Source of the DNA: Pelagomonas calceolata
Taxonomy: Eukaryota
NCBI GenBank assembly: GCA_918797485.1
Contig: CAKKNE010000001.1
Coordinates: forward strand, 6,076,001-6,140,000
Direction of reading: 5' to 3'
Length of the DNA stretch: 64,000 bases
A model generated the notes under the pieces. It made no database searches. It was not told where the DNA came from and saw only the letters and a list, made by a program, of their open reading frames with translations. The stretch's first letter is position 1; each line of letters starts with the position of its first letter. Positions 50,133 through 59,544 of the stretch are shown in pieces. The position numbers and the translations under genes were made by a program.

Positions 50133-53100
50133 TTAGAACCCGAAGACGTTCGCGCTCTTGAAGGGCGAGCGGTCGTTCGCCGCGGCGCGCCGTTTGCGCG
50201 CCGTGCGCCGCTCCGGGACGTCGTTCTCCTCGTCGGCGTAGGTGACGACCTTCGTTCGCGTCCGGCCCGACCGCCGCGGCGCGACCTCGGGCTCGTCGTC
50301 GTCGTCGAGGCGCCACGCGTGGACGGACTTCTTGGGCCTTGGTTTGGGCTTCGCCCGCGCCGCGTTCCGGAGCCGCGCCGCCGCGGGGCACGTGTGCTTG
50401 CGCCGGCGGTCGCCGGTCGCGCAGGCCTTGCAGTCGACCGGCCCGGCCGGGCTCGACAGGCTCGGCGGCGGCACGCAGCTCGGCCGGTCGAGCGGCGTCA
50501 GCGGGCGGAAGGCCTCGGCGTCGGCGGCCGAGGCGGGCGACGGCTCCGCCGACTCGTCGGCCTCGGACGGCTCGTCGACCGCGACCGGCGGCGCCGCGGC
50601 GGCGGCCCGCGGCCGGCGGCAGGACCGCGGCGGGAGCGCGCCGATCGCCGTGACGTCCGCGATCAAAACCTCGACCTGGTCGCCCGTGCTCTGCCACTTG
50701 ACCAGGACGCTCGCGGCACCCGCGGGGCAGTCCGCGACGACGGTCGCCGGGTGGTCCTCGCGGCCGTCGCGCGCGAAGACGGCGTCGTCGGCGCGGAAGA
50801 GCAGCTCGACGGGCGCCTCGTCGACCGCGTCATCGTCATCGGCGTGCGGGACGACGTAGGGCGTCGGTGGCGGCGCGGCGGCCTTGCGGCCGCGTCGGTC
50901 GTTGACGTAGGCCTCGGCCTCTGAATCGACGTCCGTCGAGGCCTCGTCGTCGACCGATTGGGCGCCGATGACTAGGAGCGAGGCCTCCCGCGGCTTCGCG
51001 CCGTCGACGGCCTCGGGCGTCGGCGGCGCGGCGCAGACCTCGACCTCGGAGTCCGTCGAGGCCTCGGCGGCGTCGGCCGCGTCGACGGTGTCGGCCGAGG
51101 CCGCAATGCTCCACGCGTCCTCATCTGCCACCGGCGCGGCCTCGGCGGGCGCTGCCGCGACGGGCGCGGCCACAGAGGGCGCGGCGACTAGCGCAGCCGC
51201 CTCCGCCGCCGCGAGCCGCGCGGCCAGATCCGCTGAAGTAGCCTCGAGCGCCCGGAGCCGCGGCCGCGACTCCCGCAGCTCCGCCGCGGAGGCCTCGGAC
51301 ACCGCCGCGAGCCGCGCGATCTCCGCCTCCTTGCGCGCGCTCGACGACCGCGCGCGCACGTCGCGCGACCGCGCCTCGCCCACGACCGCCTCCAAGTTCT
51401 TCCGCAGCTCCAGGATCGTCGCGTCCGCGCTCTCGACCTCCGCCGCGGCCCGGGCGCCCTCGGCGACGACGGCGGCGATCTTTTCCCGTAAACGCTCGGC
51501 CTCGCCGGCGGCGGCGTCGCGCGCCCGGACGAGCTCGTTCGTGTCCGCATCGCGCTGGCCCTCGCTATCGCGGAGGCGCGCCCGCGCCGCGGCGAGCTCG
51601 GTCGTGAGCGTCGCGACCTCCGCGCGCGCCGCGTCTGCACTTTGAGCCGCGTCGGCGCGCGCCTGGGACAGGGCCTTGCGCAGGCCCGCCGCGGCGTCGC
51701 GCGCGCCGGCGGCCTCGGCGCGCGCGCGCGCCACCTCGCCGTTCCGCGCGTCGGCCTCGTCGGCGCGTCGCGACGATAAAAGCGCCGTCGCCTCGGCGGC
51801 CTCGCGCCGCGCCTGCAGCACCTCGGCGCGCCACTCGCGCGCATTGCGCGAGAGTTCGGCCTCGACGTCGCGGGCGTCGTCGCGCGCGCGCGCCGTCGCC
51901 TCGTCGAGGCGCGCCTGGGCGCCCGCCGCGTCGGCGCGCGCGTCCGCGGCGTCGTTCCGCGCCTCGACGAGGGCGTCCGCCAGCTCCGCCGTCGTCGCCT
52001 CGGCCGCCGTTGCCTCGCTCTTCAGCCGGTCGGCCTCGGCCTCGGCCGCTCGGAGGGCGTCGCCGTGGAAGGCCGCCGCGCAGCGCAGCTCCTCGAGCTC
52101 CTCCTTCACATCCCGCGCCGCGGCCTTCGCCGCGGCCGCGTCGGCCTCGGCCGCGCGGAGGGCCTCGCCCTCGGTCTTTGACGTCGTCAGCGTGCGCTCC
52201 AGGGCCGCTTCAGCCGCGTTCGCCGCCGTCACATGGGTGTCGATCTCGGCCCGCGCCGCGGCGGCGTCGGCGCGCGCCTCGTCGGCGGCCGCCTCGGCCG
52301 CGCGGCGGGCCTCGCCTTCCGTTTGCGCCGTCGTGCGCATCCGCTCGAGCTCGGCTTCTGCGGCCCGCGCCGCCGCCTCGTGCGTCTCGAGCTCGGCCCC
52401 GACGCCCTCGAGCAGCCGCCGCGCCCGGTCCGCGTCGGCGCGCGCCTCCTCGGCCGCCGCCTCGGCCGCTCGCAACGCTTCGCCGTCGGTCTGCGCCGCG
52501 GCTCGCACGCGCTCGAGCTCCTGTTCGACGGCCCGCGCGGCGGCCGCGGCCGTCTGCGCCTCGGCCCGCGCCGCCGCCGCGTCGTCGCTCGCTTTCGAAG
52601 CGCGGTCGTTCGCCTCGACGATCGCCTTCGAGGCGTCCTCGTGGGCGCGCGCGAGGTCGGCCGCGGCCAACTTGCGCGCGGACTCGAGCGCGGCGAGGTC
52701 CGCCGCGGCCTTGGTCCGCGCGGCCTCCAATGCAGACGCCGCCGCCGCGTCGCGGTCCGCCGTCGACTGGCGCTGCGCCGCCTCGTGCGCCGCCCGCTCG
52801 TCCAGCAACGCCGCCTCAGCTTTCTTAGCGTCCTCCGCCGCGCGCCGCACCGCGAGCTCGTGGAGGTTCCTCGCCGCGCCGAGCTCGGATCGGACGTCGG
52901 CGAGCGCTTGAAGAGCCCGCGCCGCGTCGGCGCCCGCGCGGTGGCGCGTCGCCTCGAGCTCGGCTTTCACCGCGTGGAGCTCGGCCGTGACGGCGCCGAC
53001 GTCCGCCGCGTGCGCGGTCGTCGCGGCGTCGAGCGCCTCCTGCAACCGGCCCACGTCCGCCGCGTGCTGTGTTTGCGCGGCCGCGAGCTCCTCGGCCAGC

Positions 53101-54914
53101 GCGGACCGCACGCCGCGCGCGTGCGCCGCGGCCTCCTTCCGGCGGTCGCTCGACTGCTTCTGCGCGCGCGCGTCGGCGAGCGCGCGCTCCGCGGCGAACG
53201 CCGCTCGTAGTGAATCGAGCTCGGCGTCCGCCGCCTCGGCGAGCGTCGCGTGCCCCGCCTCCGTCGCCGCGAGCGCTGTTGTGTACTCGGCCCGCACCTT
53301 ATCGAGCGCGGCGGCGTGCGCGTCTTCCATGGACTTCTTTTGCCCGTGGAGCGCCGCGGCCTGACCCCGCTCGCGCGCCGCCGCGTCTGCGCCGCAGCGC
53401 TGGGCCCAGGCCGCGGACCGCGCCTGCTCCTCCCGGAGCTCGTTCTTCATCGTCCGCGCGGCGTCGATCGCCTCGCTCAAGCCCTCCTCGAGGAGCTTGT
53501 TCTCCGCCTCCTTCTCCGACGCGTCCCTCGTCAAACTCTTGAGCTCGCCCGCGAGGTGGCGCGCCGCGTCGCGCGCCCGCTTCACGTCCTTCTGGGCTCT
53601 CCCTGCATCATTCGTGGCCTTGGCAAGCGCCGCTCGACACTCTTCGAGCGCATGCGCCGCGTCACTCGAATTCGCGGCGTCGACCGTCGCCGCCGCGTGA
53701 GCGGCATGCGCGGCATGAGCGGCATCAACGAGGCGCGCCCTTAACGCGCAGAAGCACTTGAGGTGCGCCGTCGCGTCGGGCCCGCCCTGGGCCAGGAAGG
53801 CGTTCTTCCTTTTCGCTTCGTCCAGGGCCCGCTCCAGCGCCGCCAAATCTTCGGCCGTCGGCGCGCGCGGCGGCGCGACGTGGACGCGGTCGACGCCCGC
53901 GACGCGCGACGCGCGGTCCGCGTACCTTAATGTCGAGAGCGTCTCTTCGCGCGACGCTAACGTCGGCGCCACGCAGGCGATTAGGACCGTCGCCGCCGTG
54001 CCTCCCAAACTATCTTGTAGTAACCGTGTCAACTTCGAGTCCCTATAAGGCACGTGGTCGGCCTTTTTCTGCTCCGACAGCGCCGAGATGACCTGGCCGA
54101 GGGCCAGCAAAGACTGGTTGATCGTCCTAGCTTCTCTCCTCCGGGCGTTGCCGCTCTCGTTCGTCCGGCCCGCGCTCTCCGACCCGGCCAAGTCAGCTAA
54201 TAAAAAGCGGCCGCGCCGCGTTGCCGCGTCGCCGCGCCTTCGCGTTTCCACTCTTACTTCAAATACAGCGTGCGACCGCGACGAGCGGTCGTTCATCGCC
54301 GTGGCTGCGGCAGCTCTACGCTCGCCGCCCTCCTTCAGGACCCGCTTCGCCTCCAGGGCATTGCGCGGCTTCCTTTCACTTAAACCGACGACGGTCACGC
54401 CGCCCTGGAGCCGATTCTGCAGGTTCAACGCCTTGGGCTGGGGCGGCGGCCGGTCGGGGTCCGTCTGCACCGGCGCCGGCACCAGCAGGTCCCGCACCTG
54501 CTCGTTATAAATTTCGAGGTAACTCACCGACACCTCACTGGTCTCGAAGTCGCCTTCATTCGTAGCCTTGAAGATGCGGTCGATGACCGTCGGGAGTAAG
54601 CCGTCGATCGTGTGCGTCTTGCCCGCCGCCGTCTGGCCGTAGGCTAATACTGTGGCGTTCCTTCCATCCACGACGCGCTGCACGAGCTGCTGCGCGTTCG
54701 CGGCCTTGGCCACGTCGCACTCGTTGGCGGTTTCGCTCAGCGATGTCGCGTACTCGAAGGTCTCTTCTCTCTGTCCATCGACAATAACGCGGTTCTGCCG
54801 CCCGTCGTCGCCGGCGTACGCGCGGACGATGGGCGTGTCGCCGTCGCGCTGCTCGTAGGCGTTGAGCGGACGGATTCTTACCACCACTTTTACGGCGGCT
54901 GCTGGGGTCGTCAT
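50133..54914 (-). CDS. kinesin with N-terminal motor, long Ala-rich coiled coil and possible Tudor-like tail
   Basis: VKVVVRIRP, AYGQTAAGKT, SYLEIYNE, NDRSSRSH, DLAGSE, HVPYRDSKLTRLLQDSLGG. Confidence 0.95.
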   Translation of the reverse strand: MTTPAAAVKVVVRIRPLNAYEQRDGDTPIVRAYAGDDGRQNRVIVDGQREETFEYATSLSETANECDVAKAANAQQLVQRVVDGRNATVLAYGQTAAGKTHTIDGLLPTVIDRIFKATNEGDFETSEVSVSYLEIYNEQVRDLLVPAPVQTDPDRPPPQPKALNLQNRLQGGVTVVGLSERKPRNALEAKRVLKEGGERRAAAATAMNDRSSRSHAVFEVRVETRRRGDAATRRGRFLLADLAGSESAGRTNESGNARRREARTINQSLLALGQVISALSEQKKADHVPYRDSKLTRLLQDSLGGTAATVLIACVAPTLASREETLSTLRYADRASRVAGVDRVHVAPPRAPTAEDLAALERALDEAKRKNAFLAQGGPDATAHLKCFCALRARLVDAAHAAHAAHAAATVDAANSSDAAHALEECRAALAKATNDAGRAQKDVKRARDAARHLAGELKSLTRDASEKEAENKLLEEGLSEAIDAARTMKNELREEQARSAAWAQRCGADAAARERGQAAALHGQKKSMEDAHAAALDKVRAEYTTALAATEAGHATLAEAADAELDSLRAAFAAERALADARAQKQSSDRRKEAAAHARGVRSALAEELAAAQTQHAADVGRLQEALDAATTAHAADVGAVTAELHAVKAELEATRHRAGADAARALQALADVRSELGAARNLHELAVRRAAEDAKKAEAALLDERAAHEAAQRQSTADRDAAAASALEAARTKAAADLAALESARKLAAADLARAHEDASKAIVEANDRASKASDDAAAARAEAQTAAAAARAVEQELERVRAAAQTDGEALRAAEAAAEEARADADRARRLLEGVGAELETHEAAARAAEAELERMRTTAQTEGEARRAAEAAADEARADAAAARAEIDTHVTAANAAEAALERTLTTSKTEGEALRAAEADAAAAKAAARDVKEELEELRCAAAFHGDALRAAEAEADRLKSEATAAEATTAELADALVEARNDAADARADAAGAQARLDEATARARDDARDVEAELSRNAREWRAEVLQARREAAEATALLSSRRADEADARNGEVARARAEAAGARDAAAGLRKALSQARADAAQSADAARAEVATLTTELAAARARLRDSEGQRDADTNELVRARDAAAGEAERLREKIAAVVAEGARAAAEVESADATILELRKNLEAVVGEARSRDVRARSSSARKEAEIARLAAVSEASAAELRESRPRLRALEATSADLAARLAAAEAAALVAAPSVAAPVAAAPAEAAPVADEDAWSIAASADTVDAADAAEASTDSEVEVCAAPPTPEAVDGAKPREASLLVIGAQSVDDEASTDVDSEAEAYVNDRRGRKAAAPPPTPYVVPHADDDDAVDEAPVELLFRADDAVFARDGREDHPATVVADCPAGAASVLVKWQSTGDQVEVLIADVTAIGALPPRSCRRPRAAAAAPPVAVDEPSEADESAEPSPASAADAEAFRPLTPLDRPSCVPPPSLSSPAGPVDCKACATGDRRRKHTCPAAARLRNAARAKPKPRPKKSVHAWRLDDDDEPEVAPRRSGRTRTKVVTYADEENDVPERRTARKRRAAANDRSPFKSANVFGF

Positions 54915-55220
54915 CTTTCCAGCGCGGCGCCGGCGGCGCTCGGTTTTGTTGGTCGGCACTGTTGGGGGTGAAACGGCCCCAAGTACGCAGCGCGCGAAGC
55001 TGCTGAAGCGTACAGCGCGACGCAGCGCCTGGCGGTCTTCTGAAGCCGCTACAGCGCTGTCCAAGTCGCCGCGAAGCACACAAAAAAGCGACCTGCGCCG
55101 CAACAAACGAGTTTTTGTCGAGGGCCGAGCGGGTCGCGTCCGGTGCTCACGCACCCGTCCAGCCGCCTTAGAGACTTCTCCTGGAGCTGCTCTGGGGTTT
55201 GGAAGGGAATCCGATTTGTT

Positions 55221-55245
55221 GCTAGTGTCTTACAAGGCCGCTAGC
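55221..55245 (-). promoter_or_regulatory. upstream motif
   Basis: Minus strand reads GCTAGCGGCCTTGTAAGACACTAGC, in the divergent gap. Confidence 0.72.
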
Positions 55246-55501
55246 TAATAACAGCACTGCAAGCGGGCACTTTTTACAGCCTGCTAGCACGTACAAGCGC
55301 GTTTCGCACGTTTCTCACTCATTTGTGATCGTGCCGCAATTGCAATCCCACTCGTGCGCCTGAAGAGCGTCCCAGAGCCCTGCTGCATAGAGGCTGCACT
55401 CAGCTGCACACGGCGAGCAAGCGGACAGCAGCACTCCAGTCGGCGCTTGAAAGAGCGTCCCAGAGCCCTGCACTGAAGGCTGAACACTTGACAAGCCAAT
55501 T

Positions 55502-56146
55502 ATGACGCGCATCATCGTAGTCCTGGCCTGCGCGGCCTCTGCCTTCACGCCGCCAACCCAACCGCGCCCTCGGACACAACTCGCGGCAGGCTTCGGCAAG
55601 ACGACAAAGAGCAAGGACAAGGCCGTCCAGATCAAGGGCGCGCCGAAGCCGATGGACAAGCAGTGGGACAACTACTTCGCCCTGAAGGACGCGGACGGTG
55701 AGATCCGGGAAGTTTGGTTGACGACCCCGGGCGGCGATAAGCCTTTACCCTTAGGCTTCGTGGCCGCAAAAAAAGACGGGAGCCCGAAGGAGGCCGTCGC
55801 GTTGCAGAAGAAGTTGATTATGTGGTGCGCCGAGGGGCTGCATCCGCGCCTCTCGCCCTTCCTGCGGGGCAAGATGAAGGACGGTCAGGCGAAACTGGAG
55901 CTCAACCTGTGCAAAGTCCGGGAGCTGAGCGAGGAGGAGGCCAAGAAGGAGGAGGAGGCCGGCGACCCGCTCGCCGGGGGCATCGGCCCCGGCGGCCCGC
56001 TGGACCCGCTCGGCCCGGTCCGCGCGCCGCCGTCGCTGAAGGCTGCGGACGTGGGATTCATGCCCTTCAAGTCGCCTATTGATGGGGAGCAGGCGGCCCT
56101 GCGGAAGCCGTCGAAGCGCGAGATGAGCAACGGCGTCGTCCGATAG
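55502..56146 (+). CDS. plastid-targeted hypothetical protein
   Basis: Bipartite presequence MTRIIVVLACAASAFTPP (ASAF motif) followed by AAGFGK. Confidence 0.8.
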   Translation: MTRIIVVLACAASAFTPPTQPRPRTQLAAGFGKTTKSKDKAVQIKGAPKPMDKQWDNYFALKDADGEIREVWLTTPGGDKPLPLGFVAAKKDGSPKEAVALQKKLIMWCAEGLHPRLSPFLRGKMKDGQAKLELNLCKVRELSEEEAKKEEEAGDPLAGGIGPGGPLDPLGPVRAPPSLKAADVGFMPFKSPIDGEQAALRKPSKREMSNGVVR

Positions 56147-56364
56147 GTCAGACGCGCCAGTAATACGCCGTTCACGCCGTCGTCGCGCGCGCGCGCGCGT
56201 CGTCACGTCACGTCGCCGTCCGTCCGTCCGTCACGTCACGTGCTGGGCATGCGCCGCCGCATCGCGCGCATCGCGCATCGAACGCCGCGCCGTCCACGCC
56301 GTCGCATGCGCAGCTCAGGCTCGCGAATGGCTCGCGCGAGATGAGCAACGGCGTCGTCCGATAG
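56116..56364. repeat. 31-bp direct repeat that duplicates the gene end, flanking a 187-bp insert
   Basis: GCGCGAGATGAGCAACGGCGTCGTCCGATAG at 56116-56146 and 56334-56364. Confidence 0.92.
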
Positions 56365-56389
56365 ACATACCGAGTAATCTCCTTACTTA

Positions 56390-57478
56390 CTACTGCGGCC
56401 GTGTGCGGAGCTCGGCCCGCCGCGACGCGATCTTCGAGCGCCCCTCGTCGCACGCCGAGCGTAACTCGGCGACCCAGGCCGTCCGCGGCGTCACGGGCCG
56501 CGTCGGACCGTCGTCGTCGTCGTCGTCAACCGCCGTCAAGAACGGGCCCGGCGACGCTTTCCGCCGCGCCTTGGCCGCGTTCTCGGCGCGCGCGCGCGCC
56601 GCTTTGCTACGCGCACGGCATGAATTGGCCATGTCGTCGAGTCGATTCTCGACCGACCGCGCCAGGTGCCTATCCAGTTTCCGCTCGAGGGCAGCTGCCG
56701 CGGCGTCGTCGTCGTCCTCGTCGTCGTCGAGGACGCCGTCGACCTCGACGCCGGCCGCGCGCGCGGCCTCCTCATCCAACGCGCGCTCCGCGGCCTCGAT
56801 AGCCGCCTTGTCCGGCATCCTATCCGTTGAAAGTGCGCCGTCCTCCTTCTCGAAGGCGGCCCAGGCCTCGGCGATGCGCGGGTCCCGCGACGGCTGGTCG
56901 TCGATGACGTCCTGCAGCCACTGCATGATGTCGCCCGGCGACGACACCTCCTCCTCGTCCTCGTCGTCAGAGCCGTACTCCGCCCGCAGCCGCTCGTTCT
57001 CCGCCAAAGCTTCGGCGGCCTCGCGGTCGAGGGCCTCCTCGTCTAGCTCTGCGACGGCCGCCGCCGTGCCCGTGATAAGCTCCGTGAGCCGTAACGCGTC
57101 GAGCGCCGCGCGGTCGAGCGCGTCGTCCGCGGTCGGCGCCACGGCGGCCGCCTCGAGCTCGGCCGCCGTGCCGGCGAGTTGCTCCGGCAATGGATCGGCG
57201 ACCGGCTCCGGCGCCGCGCTGGACCGCGGCGTGAGGCGCGGCAGCGTTGACGCGTCCGTCTCCCGCCGCGCCGGCTTCTGCAAAGCCGCGTCGAGCCGCG
57301 CGGCGAAGTCCTCCTTCGTCCGTGCCGGCGCCCGCGCCGGGGCTGCAGGCGCCTCCTTCTTCGCGCGTTCCGCCGCGCGCTTCTTGGCGCGGGCAGCCTT
57401 GCGGTCCTGGTCTTGCTTTTCCTGGGCCTCGACGCGGGCCTTGGCCGCGGCCAGCCAGGCCGGCGGGGCCTTGGTCAT
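56390..57478 (-). CDS. hypothetical Ala-rich, charged protein
   Basis: 362-aa ATG ORF with coding codon bias. Confidence 0.7.
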   Translation of the reverse strand: MTKAPPAWLAAAKARVEAQEKQDQDRKAARAKKRAAERAKKEAPAAPARAPARTKEDFAARLDAALQKPARRETDASTLPRLTPRSSAAPEPVADPLPEQLAGTAAELEAAAVAPTADDALDRAALDALRLTELITGTAAAVAELDEEALDREAAEALAENERLRAEYGSDDEDEEEVSSPGDIMQWLQDVIDDQPSRDPRIAEAWAAFEKEDGALSTDRMPDKAAIEAAERALDEEAARAAGVEVDGVLDDDEDDDDAAAAALERKLDRHLARSVENRLDDMANSCRARSKAARARAENAAKARRKASPGPFLTAVDDDDDDGPTRPVTPRTAWVAELRSACDEGRSKIASRRAELRTRPQ

Positions 57479-58212
57479 GGGATCGGCTGCCCGGAGCGCG
57501 TACGCGGCGTTAACAGCCCTAATTAAGCCCCCAAACCGCCCAAAACGCGGCGCAAAACCCGATCTTTAGGCAGGGAGGCCTAGGGGTGGAGGCCTAAATC
57601 GGTGTTCCCATGCCCTGGATGGGAGCTTGGTCATTCGAGCTTGACGTCTGGTTGTTCGACATTTGCGGGCTCATGGTGATGGTGTTGTTGCTGAAAGTCA
57701 CACTGGGGCTGATCATCGGGTTGCTCGCAGCAGCCTCAGGCTGAGCTGGTTCCTCGTTGTTGGACTCCGTGATCTTTCTCTTTTTGTCCATGACTGATCC
57801 GATGTTGTCCGGTGGAGGTTCTGGGGGGTACCAGAGGCAAATGGGTGGTGGGTGGATGAGAGCCCGAGTGGGGCCCGGGCCAAAAAAACGAGTTTGGGGC
57901 TCACCCTCTTGACGCTCAGGGGGGTAAATTTAAACCGCGCGGTTTTTTTTTTGCCCCCAAAAACGCCGCCACCTCGTAGCAGGCGTCGCTGGCTACCCAA
58001 GCAAGATTGCAGGACCAACCTCCCAGCCCAATCGATGACACTAGCAAGCTCGTTCGCGCCGCATCGCGCGGCGCGACATCAGGCGGGGCAGCAATCGAAG
58101 AACGCAAACTGCTTCTTTTGGGCTGCCGGCGCGCGCGTGCGAAGGATATCTACTGGAAACATTTACTACTGGGCGGGCTGCCGGCTGCCCATCGATGCGA
58201 TAGATCTAAAAT

Positions 58213-59544
58213 ATGTGGCGCCGCTGGCTCATCGCCGCGGCGCTGGCCGCCGCCAGCGACGACCTGCCGTCGAACATGTTGACGCTACGCAACGTCTGCG
58301 TTCAAGAGACAACAATCACGCTGCACGCGTCGACGGCCGACGCCAAGGGCCAGCTCTGCGGCCTGACGGCCTGCCACGCGCCGCAGGCGCGCGAGCGGTG
58401 CCGCGAGAACGACGACGACGCGTTCGTGGCCGGGGTCCTGGCCGAGGCGCTGCCGCGCTTCCGGGTGCGGCGGTCGATGGAGGCCTACCCCGTCGCGACG
58501 GCGCGACGATACGAGCGAGTGGCGCTCTTCACGCTCACGGGCAACATCGGCCACGACCTCTACAACGGGTTGCTGGATGTTTTTTCGTCATCGCTGTCGC
58601 GGCGCTTCGACGCGCTGTTCGCGAACGTCATGTGGTTCACGGGCCGGCAGAGCTGGGACGCCGCCGTCGCCCGGCCGGACACGTCCTGGTCGTTGACGGT
58701 CGTGGACGCCTTATTTAACGAAACGCAAACACCGCTCTACTGGGCGAGCGACGCGCACATGGTGGGGAGCCGCTTCGAGCACCTCCCTTCGATAGGTCTC
58801 TGCGCCGACGAGTTGGTCGTGAGGGCCCAGGGGCGCCTGGCGGAGAACGTGGGCTGGGACGCCCTCCCTGCCTTGCCGCGGCTGCGGGACAAGGTGCTCG
58901 CGCGCGTCCTCACCGATACATCAAAGCGGGAAAAGCTCACGCTGTACACGCGCGGCGACGCGCGACGGCGGCGCTTCCAGGGCAACGTCCAGAACTTCGC
59001 GACGCGACTCGGCGCGACGAAGGTGCTAGCTAGAATGCCGCGGGGCGACCCGCGCCAGCAGATCGCGCTCTACGCGTCGTCGGACGTCGTCGTGGCGCCC
59101 TTCGGCTCGAACACGGCGAACAGCGTCTTCATGCGGCCGGGATCTACCTTCGTCGAGGTCACGCCGCTCTGCGCGTCGACCTGCGAGGAGGGCTGCCACC
59201 CCTACTCGAAGACCCTGAGCGGGAACATGGCCGACAACTACAACATTTCACGGGCAAACGCGTGTCTGAACTTGATGGCCGACGGGCCGCCGCTCCATCG
59301 CTACTCGGGCGTGAACTATCACATCGTGCCGACGTGCTCGGGGACGCTGCGGTGCGCCTCTGGTAAAATGGTCGAGCCGTCCGGGCGGCCCGTCGAGATG
59401 CGGAAGGCCTGGAAGGCGAACTTCAACGACGACTTAGATGTGGACGCGGCCCTGCCCCGCGTGCTCGAGATCCTGCGGGGGCGGTCTCCGCAAACGCGCG
59501 TCGCGCCGTTCACGGTGGCGTGCCCCCGAGTTAGTCAAAATTAA
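58213..59544 (+). CDS. glycosyltransferase family 61-like protein
   Basis: Signal peptide, LRNVCV, GNIGHDL, YTRGDARRR, QQIALYASSDVVVAPFGSNTANSVFMRPGSTFVEV. Confidence 0.85.
   Translation: MWRRWLIAAALAAASDDLPSNMLTLRNVCVQETTITLHASTADAKGQLCGLTACHAPQARERCRENDDDAFVAGVLAEALPRFRVRRSMEAYPVATARRYERVALFTLTGNIGHDLYNGLLDVFSSSLSRRFDALFANVMWFTGRQSWDAAVARPDTSWSLTVVDALFNETQTPLYWASDAHMVGSRFEHLPSIGLCADELVVRAQGRLAENVGWDALPALPRLRDKVLARVLTDTSKREKLTLYTRGDARRRRFQGNVQNFATRLGATKVLARMPRGDPRQQIALYASSDVVVAPFGSNTANSVFMRPGSTFVEVTPLCASTCEEGCHPYSKTLSGNMADNYNISRANACLNLMADGPPLHRYSGVNYHIVPTCSGTLRCASGKMVEPSGRPVEMRKAWKANFNDDLDVDAALPRVLEILRGRSPQTRVAPFTVACPRVSQN

Noticed and set aside
50242..53744. Long plus-strand ORFs opposite the kinesin, and similar ORFs opposite RRP5, RRS1 and others
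   Set aside because: These are antisense shadows of GC-rich coding sequence with Ala/Arg/Ser-rich translations and no motifs.
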